Shown here piece after piece: positions 19,415 to 28,299 of a DNA stretch of 50,906 nt (position 1 is its first letter; the number at the start of each line of letters is the position of its first letter). The position numbers and the translations under genes are program-made. Under the pieces are notes generated by a model. It was not told where the DNA came from. It did not search any database and saw only the letters and a program-made list of their open reading frames with translations. The DNA comes from Thermoplasmata archaeon. Its GTDB lineage: Archaea > Thermoplasmatota > Thermoplasmata > UBA10834. The DNA is taken from contig JAEHCN010000002.1 in assembly GCA_020696395.1 (NCBI GenBank), positions 1 through 50,906 on the forward strand. Direction: 5' to 3'.

Positions 19415-19529
19415 GCGGCACTTCACTTCTGCCGAGACTATATCTGCACAGCGCGTGCTCTCGAAGCATGTGAGGAACAAAAGAAGAAGATATGAAGATG
19501 TTTCGGAGCTCCAGTGGTCCCGGGAAACC

Positions 19530-20414
19530 TCACTGCTTCGCTGCCAGCTCCGCCTGCCACTTCCTGTAGTAGGTCAGGTAGCCCATCGCGAACTTGTCCT
19601 CGCCCCAGAAGAGCTTCGAGGCCTTGAGTGCGAACATCATGTCCGCATCGTTCGGGTTGCCGATGAAGCAGCTCATGCCTTCACCAGCGCACATTAGCAT
19701 GAAGGTGGCATTCAGCTTCGGCCTCGCGGGAAGTCCGAACGAGGCGTTGCTCAATCCCAGCGTGGTGTTCACACCGTACTTCTCGGTCACCGTTCTGATC
19801 GTGTCAAGGGTCGCCATCGCACCGCTGTCGGATGTCCCGCATGCCAGCGCGACGCAGTCGATGATGAGGTTCTTGCGGTCCATGCCGGCCTTCTCGGCGC
19901 GCTCGATTATCCTGCCGGCAATCTCGACCCTCTTCTCCGTGGTCGCGGGGATCCCGGCGTCGTCGATGACCAGACCGACCAACGCCGCATCGTACTCTGC
20001 GGCCAGCGGTATCACGACATCCATCCTCTTCTCCTCTCCGGTGGTGGAGTTGATCCCAGGTCTCCCCTTCACCGTCTTCAGAGCCTCAGCGAGGACTGCC
20101 GGGTCGGAAGTGTCGATCCACAAGGGTACGTCGACCGCATCCTGGACGATCCTGAGGGCTTCGAGCATGGCGTGCTTCTCGTCGATACCTGGAACGCCCA
20201 CGTTGATATCCAGTATGTCCGCTCCGGCCTCAACCTGCTTCTTCGCCTCGCCAGCGAGAACCTCGAACTCGCCGGCCTTCAACTTCTCGATCAGAGCTTT
20301 CCTGTTTGTCGGATTGATCCTCTCTCCGACAATCACGGGGGTGTTGGTCGCCCCGATCTTCACTGTCCTCTCAGTCCCCTTGAGCTCGATGACCGGTACC
20401 TTTGCGCGTGGCAT
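19530..20414 (-). CDS. Pterin-binding methyltetrahydrofolate:corrinoid methyltransferase (AcsE/MetH folate-domain family)
   Basis: IVGERINPT, QVEAGADILDINVG, PLWIDTS, INS and GLSNASFGLPAR. Confidence 0.88.
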   Translation of the reverse strand: MPRAKVPVIELKGTERTVKIGATNTPVIVGERINPTNRKALIEKLKAGEFEVLAGEAKKQVEAGADILDINVGVPGIDEKHAMLEALRIVQDAVDVPLWIDTSDPAVLAEALKTVKGRPGINSTTGEEKRMDVVIPLAAEYDAALVGLVIDDAGIPATTEKRVEIAGRIIERAEKAGMDRKNLIIDCVALACGTSDSGAMATLDTIRTVTEKYGVNTTLGLSNASFGLPARPKLNATFMLMCAGEGMSCFIGNPNDADMMFALKASKLFWGEDKFAMGYLTYYRKWQAELAAKQ

Positions 20415-20643
20415 GTTTCATCCTCCCTCAGCCGGGACATCGCCTCGCCCCAGAAAAAGGTTTCGACGACATGCCAGGCCACACATCGGACGTCTCACGA
20501 TGGCCGGCGACCACCTGTCCTGTGGAGGTTGGCTGCGAAGCTTCCGGGTGCGCAGACAGTCAGGACCGCACACGCGGTGAACGGCTTCCAACGGAAACTG
20601 TCATCAAGTAATAAGGCAATCCACCCATGCAGGGTTCGATGAG

Positions 20644-21741
20644 ATGAATCTAAAGCACCCGAGGCCATTCAGATCGCTCTTCAGGTTCTCGAAGCAGTTC
20701 ATGCGGAAATCGGGTTCCCCGCCAGGCACTCTCGTCTACACGGGAGACAAGAAGGTCGATAAGACCCGGATCTCAGTGATGGAGTACAGCGACGCCGAGT
20801 TCTTCGAGAGGGAGGTCGAGGACGTCAGCACCTGCTTCCCTTTGAAGGAGAAACCCACGGTAACATGGCTGAACATCAACGGCCTCCATGATATCCACAC
20901 AATGGAGACCATCGGAAACGCCTTCGGCATACATCCTCTCGTCCTCGAGGACATACTCAACGTCGACCAGAGGCCGAAGTTCGAGGATTTCGAGGACTAC
21001 ATCTTCATCGTTCTCAAAGTGGCCTACCTCGACGAGACGAGGAACGACCTCCAGATGGAACAGATAAGCCTCATAGTGACGCGGAACTGCGTGATAACGT
21101 TCCAGGAGACGGAGGGCGACGTGTTCGAGGGCATCAGGGAGCGCGTCCGCAGCTACAAGGGGCGCACCAGACGCATGGGGGTGGACTACCTTGCGTACGT
21201 CCTCATAGACGCGATCGTCGACAGCTACTTCGTGATACTGGACAGACTTGGGGAACGCACGGAGACGCTGGAGGACGAGCTGGTGGCGAAGCCAGACCCG
21301 GAGACGCTCCAGACGATATATCGTCTCAAAAGGGATATGATATTCCTCCGGAGGGCGGTCTGGCCCCTGCGTGAGGCGATCGGCGCCCTCGGGAGGGACA
21401 CCAGTCCGCTTTTGCAGGAGAGCACCCAGGTGTACCTGAAGGATGTCTACGACCACACCATACAAGTGATCGACACGGTCGAGTCGTTGAGAGACATGGT
21501 CACGGGTATGCTGGACATTTATCTGTCGAGCGTCAGCAACAAGATGAACGAGATCATGAAGGTGCTGACGATCATAGCCACGATATTCATCCCGCTGACC
21601 TTCCTCGCAGGAGTCTACGGGATGAACTTCAGGTACATGCCCGAGCTGGAGTCCCACATCGCCTATCCTCTGCTACTGATTGGCATGACTTGCGTGGCCG
21701 CTCTGATGCTCGTCTACTTCAGGATCAAACGCTGGCTGTGA
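20644..21741 (+). CDS. corA: Magnesium/cobalt transporter CorA
   Basis: GSPPGTLVY, HPLVLEDI..QRPK, NEIMKVLT and the YGMNF..MPEL signature. Confidence 0.95.
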   Translation: MNLKHPRPFRSLFRFSKQFMRKSGSPPGTLVYTGDKKVDKTRISVMEYSDAEFFEREVEDVSTCFPLKEKPTVTWLNINGLHDIHTMETIGNAFGIHPLVLEDILNVDQRPKFEDFEDYIFIVLKVAYLDETRNDLQMEQISLIVTRNCVITFQETEGDVFEGIRERVRSYKGRTRRMGVDYLAYVLIDAIVDSYFVILDRLGERTETLEDELVAKPDPETLQTIYRLKRDMIFLRRAVWPLREAIGALGRDTSPLLQESTQVYLKDVYDHTIQVIDTVESLRDMVTGMLDIYLSSVSNKMNEIMKVLTIIATIFIPLTFLAGVYGMNFRYMPELESHIAYPLLLIGMTCVAALMLVYFRIKRWL

Positions 21742-21979
21742 GTCGCGGACAGCTGCTGCGGGACAACCTTCGTCACGGCCGTGTTGGCAACGAATCCCGG
21801 CGAACACCTCCAGTCGTCTGTATGGCACGCGCGAAAACGTACAGAAACATTAATTAGGCAACTGCGTATGCCGTCTCAATTCGGATGGAAGTCCAGGGTC
21901 TTCGCGACTGATTGGCCTTTCTTCCGAGCCAACGCCCCCCGGAGACACCGTTTCCGGGAAGGCAAGGGGGTATACACCA

Positions 21980-22612
21980 ATGGAAGAAATCGTGACACAG
22001 TTGAAAAACGCTGTGATAAACTACGAGATGGAGACCATCGCCGATCTCGCCAAGAAGGCTGTCGATCAGGGCGTTGATCCGCTAGTCGCCATCGACAAGG
22101 GATTGGCGGAAGGAATTAAGACAGTGGGCGAGAGATTCGGAAAGGGAGAGATCTTCCTGCCCGAGCTCGTCATGGGCGCAGAGGCCATGAAGGCTGCGCT
22201 GGCCGTACTTGAGCCTGCGGTGCCAGCGGGACAGCACAGGGAGACGGCCGGAAAGGTGCTCATCGGGACTGTCCAGGACGACATCCACGAGATCGGAAAG
22301 AACCTCGTCTCGACAATGCTAGCATCGAACGGATTCGAAGTTGTGGACCTTGGCGTCAACGTCCCTGCCCAGGACTTCCTGAAGAAGGCGGGAGAGGTCA
22401 AGGCGAACATCGTCGCGATGTCCGCACTTATGACGACGACCATGCCGAGGATGGCAGAGGTCATCGCTCCGCTCAAGAAGGACAACCCATCCGTGAAGAC
22501 CATCATCGGAGGCGCACCAGTCACGGACGTGTACGCCAAGGAGATCGGCTCCGAGGGGTACAGCGGCGACGCGTCTGGAGCCGTCGACGTGGCGAAGAAG
22601 CTCCTTGGGTGA
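21980..22612 (+). CDS. Methyltransferase cognate corrinoid (B12-binding) protein, MttC/MtbC-like
   Basis: GEIFLPEL cap domain; DIHEIGKN (DxHxxG), SALMTTT and GGAP. Confidence 0.92.
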   Translation: MEEIVTQLKNAVINYEMETIADLAKKAVDQGVDPLVAIDKGLAEGIKTVGERFGKGEIFLPELVMGAEAMKAALAVLEPAVPAGQHRETAGKVLIGTVQDDIHEIGKNLVSTMLASNGFEVVDLGVNVPAQDFLKKAGEVKANIVAMSALMTTTMPRMAEVIAPLKKDNPSVKTIIGGAPVTDVYAKEIGSEGYSGDASGAVDVAKKLLG

Positions 22613-24087
22613 GTGCAATGTCATACGGCATCGTGCGCGGGACGCGCTTCCAGATTCTGAGCAAGGATGACCTTGACAGGATCCACTGGGGCACACTGCA
22701 CATCCTCGAGAAGGTCGGTGTACAGGTCGACAGCCCCACATGCAGGAAGCTCTTGAAGGAAAACGGCTGCGAAGTCGATGAGGAGGCAAGGTCGGCCAAG
22801 ATACCTTCCCACCTCGTCATGGAAGCTCTCAGCAAGAAGAAGTCCACGATTACCCTCGCTGCAAGGGACCCAAAATATGACGCGAGACTCGACCTGAATC
22901 ACAGCTACATGTGCGCGAACGGTAATGGCGCTGTGGCGGTGGACTTCGAGACGGGTGAGAGGAGGAACTCGACGAAGCAGGACCTGGTCGACTCCACGAA
23001 GATATGCGACGCCCTGCCGAACGTGCACGTCCACTGGCCGATGGTCAGCTCGACCGACGTGCCAGCGTCTGTCGTGCACCTGCACGACCTTGAGGCCTCT
23101 CTGAACAACACGGGGAAGCACGTCATGTACGAAACGGGCGTGACTCTCGAGGACGCCAAGAACCTAACGGCCATGGGTTACGCGGCGGCTGGGGGCGAGA
23201 AGGAGTACCGCAGGAGGCCGATCACATCGTGTCTCCAGTGCACCTACGCGCCCCTGCAGCACGACGCGGGCGTCATGGACGCCAGCCTGGAGTTCGCCAA
23301 GAACGGCGTGCCACTGGTGTTCTTCACCATGCCACAGCCCGGCGCGACCGGCCCAGCGTCGCTGGTCGGTTCGATGGTCGTGGGCAACGCCGAGGTTCTG
23401 AGCGCACTCGTGATGACCCAGCTCGCGTCTCCGGGTGCGTCCGTGATATACGGACTCGGCATCGCTCCGCTCGACATGAAGACCACCGTCAGGGCGGGCG
23501 GCAGTCCAGAACATGCGATATGCTCGGCGATGGGCACGGAGATGGCACACTACTACGGCATGCCGTCGTGCGTGGGCGTCTCCGGGACCGCGAAGGAACC
23601 AGGCATACAGGCCGCCATGGATACCTACACCGGCTGTGTCGGTCCCCTGCTTGCTGGCGCCGACCTCATGTGCGGCATAGGCTTGCTAGAGGACTCCAGC
23701 TGCCTCCACCTCGAGCAGGTCGTGATCGACAATGAGATTGTCGGGGCCATTGCAAGGCTGATCCGTGGCGAGTGGGCGGACGACGACACGCTTGCGCTGG
23801 ATGTCATCGAGAAGGTCGGGATCGGCAAGAACTACCTTGCCCAGAAACACACGATGAAGTACCTCCGGACGGACCACTTCATGCCGACGCTTGTCGACAG
23901 ACGCTCAGAGGACGCCTGGTCGACGACCGGGAAGAAGACCATGAGAGACTCCGCCAGGGAGAAGGTCAAGGAGATACTGGCTACTCACAAGGTACCGGGG
24001 CTCCCAGACGGCGCGAACAGAGACCTCGCAGCGATCATAGAGAAGGCGAAGAAGCCCTTGTGGGGCGGCGAGTCGAAGGTCCACTAG
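22609..24087 (+). CDS. mttB: Trimethylamine methyltransferase (MttB) superfamily protein, non-pyrrolysine
   Basis: IHWGTLHILEKVGV, GATGPASLVGSMVVGNAEVL, DMKT..GGSPE and EQVVIDNE. No in-frame TAG. Confidence 0.9.
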   Translation: MSAMSYGIVRGTRFQILSKDDLDRIHWGTLHILEKVGVQVDSPTCRKLLKENGCEVDEEARSAKIPSHLVMEALSKKKSTITLAARDPKYDARLDLNHSYMCANGNGAVAVDFETGERRNSTKQDLVDSTKICDALPNVHVHWPMVSSTDVPASVVHLHDLEASLNNTGKHVMYETGVTLEDAKNLTAMGYAAAGGEKEYRRRPITSCLQCTYAPLQHDAGVMDASLEFAKNGVPLVFFTMPQPGATGPASLVGSMVVGNAEVLSALVMTQLASPGASVIYGLGIAPLDMKTTVRAGGSPEHAICSAMGTEMAHYYGMPSCVGVSGTAKEPGIQAAMDTYTGCVGPLLAGADLMCGIGLLEDSSCLHLEQVVIDNEIVGAIARLIRGEWADDDTLALDVIEKVGIGKNYLAQKHTMKYLRTDHFMPTLVDRRSEDAWSTTGKKTMRDSAREKVKEILATHKVPGLPDGANRDLAAIIEKAKKPLWGGESKVH

Positions 24088-24112
24088 GCTATGCAGTGTA
24101 CAAACCTGAAAC

Positions 24113-24144
24113 CGGGGCCAGGCGAGGAAGTCGTCCTGGCTCCG
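24113..24144. other. GC-rich intergenic hairpin between the two mttB paralogues
   Basis: CGGGGCCAGG-CGA-ggaag-TCG-t-CCTGGCTCCG. Confidence 0.5.
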
Positions 24145-24226
24145 AGCAATTGTATTTCTATCGCACGCGGCCCGCCGAAGAGGCTTGGCCGCGCGGGCTG
24201 GCAGGACGAACCAGAAGGGATTCAGA

Positions 24227-25669
24227 ATGGCTAACTCCATACCGATAAGGTGCAAGCGGCAGGTACTGGACTCCGAGGGCGTGCAGCGGATCAGATACGC
24301 CGCGCTCGAGATCCTCGAGCGAACGGGTGTCGCCGTTATGAGTAAAAAAGCGCAGAAACTCCTCCGTGACGCAGGATGCGATTTTGACGAGAAAAGTTCA
24401 ATTGTGAGATTCCCTCCGAGCCTCGTCGAGGGCCTCGCCCGTAAGAACAAGCGGAGCGTGACATTCTTCGGGCGGACCCCGAGGCATGACGCGAGGCTCG
24501 ACGGCGAGCACGTCCATGTGTGCAGCGATGGGAACGGCACGATGGCAATGGACTTCGAGACGAGGGAGCGACGCGTATCCAGGAAGGAGGATGTCGGGAA
24601 GGCTGCATTCGTATCGGACGCGCTGAAGGGGCACGGAGTGAACTGGCCCAGCGTGACCTCTCAGGACGTCCCCATGGGGACCAGGCACATACACGACCTC
24701 CAGGCATCCCTGGAGAACACTGAGAAGCACATCACACTGGCCACCAACACGACCTATTGGGAGGTCGAGGACGTGCTGGCACTCGGCGCGGCGGCTGCAG
24801 GAGGAATCGATGAGTTCGAGAAACGACCGTTCCTGTCGTCAATCCACACGAGTTCGTCACCGCTTCAAATCGACGCGGACGGCATCGACGCCGGGTTCGT
24901 CGCAGCGGACGGCGGGATGCCCATCTGCTTCTATGTCATGCCAGGTCCGGGCGCCACCGGTCCGGTCACCCTTGCTGGCTCAGTAGCCGTCGCCGTCGCC
25001 GAGGCCCTGGCAGGCAACACGATAATCCAGCTGCACAGGCCGGGAACGGCCTTCGTGTTCGCATGCGGGATGGCGGTACTGGACATGAAGGCGTCCACCC
25101 GGGCCGGAGGAGGGCCTGAGCACGGGTTGACATCCGCAGCTTACACGCAGATGGCGCACCACTTCGGATTCCCCGCTCTTTCCGGAGGTTTCGTGACCAC
25201 CTCCAAGGAACCGGACGAGCAGGCGGCCTACGAGAAGTTCGCCAGTGCGGTGACCCCGATACTCGCAGGCACGGACATGCTCGCCGGGATCGGGCTACTC
25301 GAAGACTGCAGGACGATATGGCTGGAGCAGATGGTTATCGACGACGAGATCTCGAGGATCATAGGCAGGATGGCTCAGGGAATCGAAGTCTCAGACGACA
25401 GCCTCGCGCTCGATGTGATCAACAGCGTGGGCCCGGGTAAGGACTTCCTCGGGCAACGACACACCATGGAACGCTTCAGGAAGGAGCATTTCATGCCTGT
25501 GATATCGGACCGCTCCTCATGGGATTCGTGGACGGCAGGGGGTTCGAAATCCACGCTCACCAGAGCTGGTGACGAGGTGCGGAGGATACTTAAGGAGCAC
25601 ACCGTCGAACCGGTGAGGGACGAGATGGGCGAGGTCGCAGCTTCACTGATCAAGAAGAGAGCCAAGTGA
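24227..25669 (+). CDS. mttB: Second MttB-superfamily methyltransferase, non-pyrrolysine
   Basis: ALEILERTGV, GATGPVTLAGS, DMKA..GGPE, DEQAAYEK and EQMVIDDE. ATG 24227 chosen as start. No in-frame TAG. Confidence 0.9.
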   Translation: MANSIPIRCKRQVLDSEGVQRIRYAALEILERTGVAVMSKKAQKLLRDAGCDFDEKSSIVRFPPSLVEGLARKNKRSVTFFGRTPRHDARLDGEHVHVCSDGNGTMAMDFETRERRVSRKEDVGKAAFVSDALKGHGVNWPSVTSQDVPMGTRHIHDLQASLENTEKHITLATNTTYWEVEDVLALGAAAAGGIDEFEKRPFLSSIHTSSSPLQIDADGIDAGFVAADGGMPICFYVMPGPGATGPVTLAGSVAVAVAEALAGNTIIQLHRPGTAFVFACGMAVLDMKASTRAGGGPEHGLTSAAYTQMAHHFGFPALSGGFVTTSKEPDEQAAYEKFASAVTPILAGTDMLAGIGLLEDCRTIWLEQMVIDDEISRIIGRMAQGIEVSDDSLALDVINSVGPGKDFLGQRHTMERFRKEHFMPVISDRSSWDSWTAGGSKSTLTRAGDEVRRILKEHTVEPVRDEMGEVAASLIKKRAK

Positions 25670-25686
25670 CGGCCTCTTCGGCCGTC
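25668..25686. terminator. Hairpin between the convergent mttB and lrp genes
   Basis: GACGGCC-tcttc-GGCCGTC fills the whole gap between the two stop codons. Confidence 0.5.
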
Positions 25687-26124
25687 TCATTCCTTGACGG
25701 TCGAGAACGACGCGCATGTCAGCGTCCTCGCGACTCCCTCGACGTCCCTGAGCCTGTCGACCACTAGGTTCCCAATCTCCTCCATGCTGGAGCCTCTGAC
25801 TTTCAAGAGGATGTCGTACTCCCCTGACACAAGGTGTACCTCGAATATCCCGGGGATATCGGCGATTTCCTCGGCGGTCTCACGCTGGGACCGTCCTTCA
25901 GCGTGATCGAACTGGGCGAGTATGAACGCGGTCACACCGATGCCTAGCTGGGAGTAGTCCGGGACCGCCGTGTATCGCCTGATGACCCCTCTCGTCTCCA
26001 TGCGTGCGATCCGGTCGTGTACAGTCGCTCGTGGTATGTCCAAGGCTTTGGCGATCGCCTTCGTCGTCTTGCGAGAGTCTTTGGTGAGTTCCTCCAGGAT
26101 CGATCTGTCCTTCTCGTCCAACAT
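25687..26124 (-). CDS. Lrp/AsnC family transcriptional regulator
   Basis: LDEKDRSILEELTKDSR..IAKALDIPRATVHDRIARME HTH, and EVHLVSGEYDILLKV RAM domain. Confidence 0.95.
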   Translation of the reverse strand: MLDEKDRSILEELTKDSRKTTKAIAKALDIPRATVHDRIARMETRGVIRRYTAVPDYSQLGIGVTAFILAQFDHAEGRSQRETAEEIADIPGIFEVHLVSGEYDILLKVRGSSMEEIGNLVVDRLRDVEGVARTLTCASFSTVKE

Positions 26125-26128
26125 ATAT

Positions 26129-26141
26129 CGTCAATATGACG
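26129..26141. promoter_or_regulatory. 5-3-5 palindrome, candidate Lrp operator
   Basis: CGTCA-ATA-TGACG lies between the AT-rich TATA-like tract (26144-26153) and the lrp ATG. Confidence 0.55.
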
Positions 26142-26236
26142 GAATTAATATATCAATATTGCCATTATCCGGATTGTATCCGTGTTTTCTGCAGATAATG
26201 CCAAATAGAAGGCCGACGTATCGGCTTTCCGACGGA

Positions 26237-27163
26237 ATGACCATGCAACAGACGATCGCGCGCCTCAAGGACGCGAAGATGACTCACATCCTCAGGATAC
26301 AGAGCGCAGCCCTCAAGGCGACCCACGACTACATGTACGACAGCGGTGTGGTCCAGGGAATGCCCGTTATCCTCTCGCCGGAGACGGACCCGCTGAATCA
26401 CCCCCACTTCGACGCCTCCGTGGACTACTACGGCCAGAGGCTCCATCTCACGAAGAGCATGATACTCCACAAGCAGCTCTCCCTGCTCAACGGGGGCTTC
26501 GACAAGATATACGTCATGTCTCCGAACGTCCGGCTCGAACAGGGCGAGCTTGGGCAGACCGGCAGGCATCTGTTCGAGTTCACCCAGGTCGACATAGAGC
26601 TCAAGGAGAAGACGAAGGGGGATTTCATCAGCCTCGTGGACGGCATGATAGAGAGGGTTTTCGCCTTCGTGACGAGGGAGTGCGCGGCAGACCTCGACGC
26701 GCTCGGCAGGAAGCTCACGGTACCGTCCCTCCCGCTCAGAGTGTACGAGTCGGAGGAGTTGAGAGCGGAGTATGGCGAGGACTTCGAGGCTATGGCCTCC
26801 ATGCGGGAGGAAGACCCCTTCTGGGTACTCAACTTCCCCCGTGAGTTCTACGACAGAGAGGACAAGCGAACGAGAGGATACTTTCACAACTACGACGTCT
26901 TCTGGCCCGAGGGCTACGGAGAGGCCCTCTCCGGTGGTGAGAGGGAATGGGAACACGACGAGATAGTCCGCAAGATGCGGGAGCGCAACACGCCCGTGGA
27001 CGCGTTCAAGACATACCTCGATGTGGCGAGACAGGGACTCATACCAAGGACAGTCGGAGGCGGCCTAGGAATAGAGAGGATGGTTAGGTTCCTCACTGGG
27101 CAGGGGCACGTGAGAGATGTGACACTGTTTCCCAGAGTTCCAGGCGAGAGGATAGGTTTCTGA
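26237..27163 (+). CDS. asnA: Archaeal asparagine synthetase A (AsnRS-like, lacking the anticodon-binding domain)
   Basis: ILSPETDPL, LTKSMILHKQ, SPNVRLE..RHLFEFTQVDIE, GEALSGGERE and GGGLGIER (class II motifs 2 and 3). Start placed at ATG 26237 or 26243. Confidence 0.9.
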   Translation: MTMQQTIARLKDAKMTHILRIQSAALKATHDYMYDSGVVQGMPVILSPETDPLNHPHFDASVDYYGQRLHLTKSMILHKQLSLLNGGFDKIYVMSPNVRLEQGELGQTGRHLFEFTQVDIELKEKTKGDFISLVDGMIERVFAFVTRECAADLDALGRKLTVPSLPLRVYESEELRAEYGEDFEAMASMREEDPFWVLNFPREFYDREDKRTRGYFHNYDVFWPEGYGEALSGGEREWEHDEIVRKMRERNTPVDAFKTYLDVARQGLIPRTVGGGLGIERMVRFLTGQGHVRDVTLFPRVPGERIGF

Positions 27164-27195
27164 GCGAGACAGCCCGTCGCGATGCCATCCAGTGC

Positions 27196-28122
27196 CTATG
27201 ATATCGACTCGACCCTCGCGCCACCGCCTGGCGTTGTGACGAAGGACTTCGACTCCAATCCCGTCGCACTCCTGAACGCGCGGGTCATCGCCAACCTTAT
27301 CCTCCCGGCGTCACGTTCCGCAAGTGCGAACATGGCTGGGCCGGATCCCGCGAGGGAGATGCCGAGGGCGCCCGCCTCGAGCCCGCTCTCGCGCACCACA
27401 TCGAAGCCGGGCACGAGCTTCTTCCTGTACGGGACAGAAAGGCGATCATCCAGGTATGACCCGACCGCCCGCGCATCACGTCTCATCATCGCGTGCACCA
27501 TTCCAGATGCAAAGGAGAGGTTCCGGACCGCGTCGTCGATCGCGACCTTCTTCGGCAGGACCGCTCTGGCATCCCGTGTCTTCACCGAGATGTCCGGCAT
27601 CAGGACGACGACCTGCAATTCGGGCGGCTTGATTGCGATAATCTTCCTCGCTTCAGCGTCGGCGACCACCGTGAATCCCCCGTAGAGAGCCGCTGCCACG
27701 TTGTCGTAGTGTCTCACACCGGAGACCAGCTCCTCGCCCATGGCCGCGGCCTCGAGTATCACTTCCTTGTCCTTCACGCCAAGAATAGCGGCCATCGCGA
27801 GTGCTCCTCCGACAGACGACGCAGCGCTGCTCCCTATGCCGCTTCCTGGTTTCATTCCCTTCTTGACGGTCATGGTGAAGCCCTGCTTCCCGTTGTCGCA
27901 GAGCTCGGCCAGCCTCATGGCTGCGTACGAGGACGTGTTCTCCTCCGAGGCGGTGGGGACTTCGTACTTGCCGGTCACTCTTAGGGCGACACTGCCCTTC
28001 CCGGTCCGCCTGATGGATATCCTGTCGATCGGGGAGGCCAGACAGAGTCCGAACGAGTCGAAGCCCGGGCCGAAGTTGGCGATCGTGGCAGGCGAGGTGA
28101 CCATTGCCTTATCAGATCTCAT
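27196..28122 (-). CDS. thrB: Homoserine kinase
   Basis: PATIANFGPGFD, PGSGIGSSAAS (GHMP loop), HYDNVAAALYGG and LAGSGP. Confidence 0.93.
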   Translation of the reverse strand: MRSDKAMVTSPATIANFGPGFDSFGLCLASPIDRISIRRTGKGSVALRVTGKYEVPTASEENTSSYAAMRLAELCDNGKQGFTMTVKKGMKPGSGIGSSAASSVGGALAMAAILGVKDKEVILEAAAMGEELVSGVRHYDNVAAALYGGFTVVADAEARKIIAIKPPELQVVVLMPDISVKTRDARAVLPKKVAIDDAVRNLSFASGMVHAMMRRDARAVGSYLDDRLSVPYRKKLVPGFDVVRESGLEAGALGISLAGSGPAMFALAERDAGRIRLAMTRAFRSATGLESKSFVTTPGGGARVESIS

Positions 28123-28205
28123 CGAAGATACCTGATCGACTGAGATGCTGTGATGGCATATTAAACCACACACAGAGGCTCACGGACGCGGCTGGGAACT
28201 GGCCG

Positions 28206-28222
28206 TTTGCGGCATCCGCAAA
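28206..28222. promoter_or_regulatory. Palindrome in the divergent thrB/thrC promoter region
   Basis: TTTGCGG-cat-CCGCAAA, with a TATA-like CTTATA at about 28248. Confidence 0.4.
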
Positions 28223-28299
28223 GACCCATGCCAGGAGCTGCGAAGGGCTTATATGTCGCACAACCATAGCAGGCGCGGATTCCGCGGGGAAAGGTCGTC

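Noticed and set aside
21850..21979. Cobalamin riboswitch upstream of the corrinoid protein (GCAACTG, hairpin ending GGGAAGGC)
   Set aside because: The other conserved B12-element blocks are missing and the region is too short. An Rfam scan would settle it.
28123..28299. Thr-rich or other leader peptides upstream of thrB/thrC (also checked upstream of pheA and asnA)
   Set aside because: The short ORFs there show no enrichment for the cognate amino acid.
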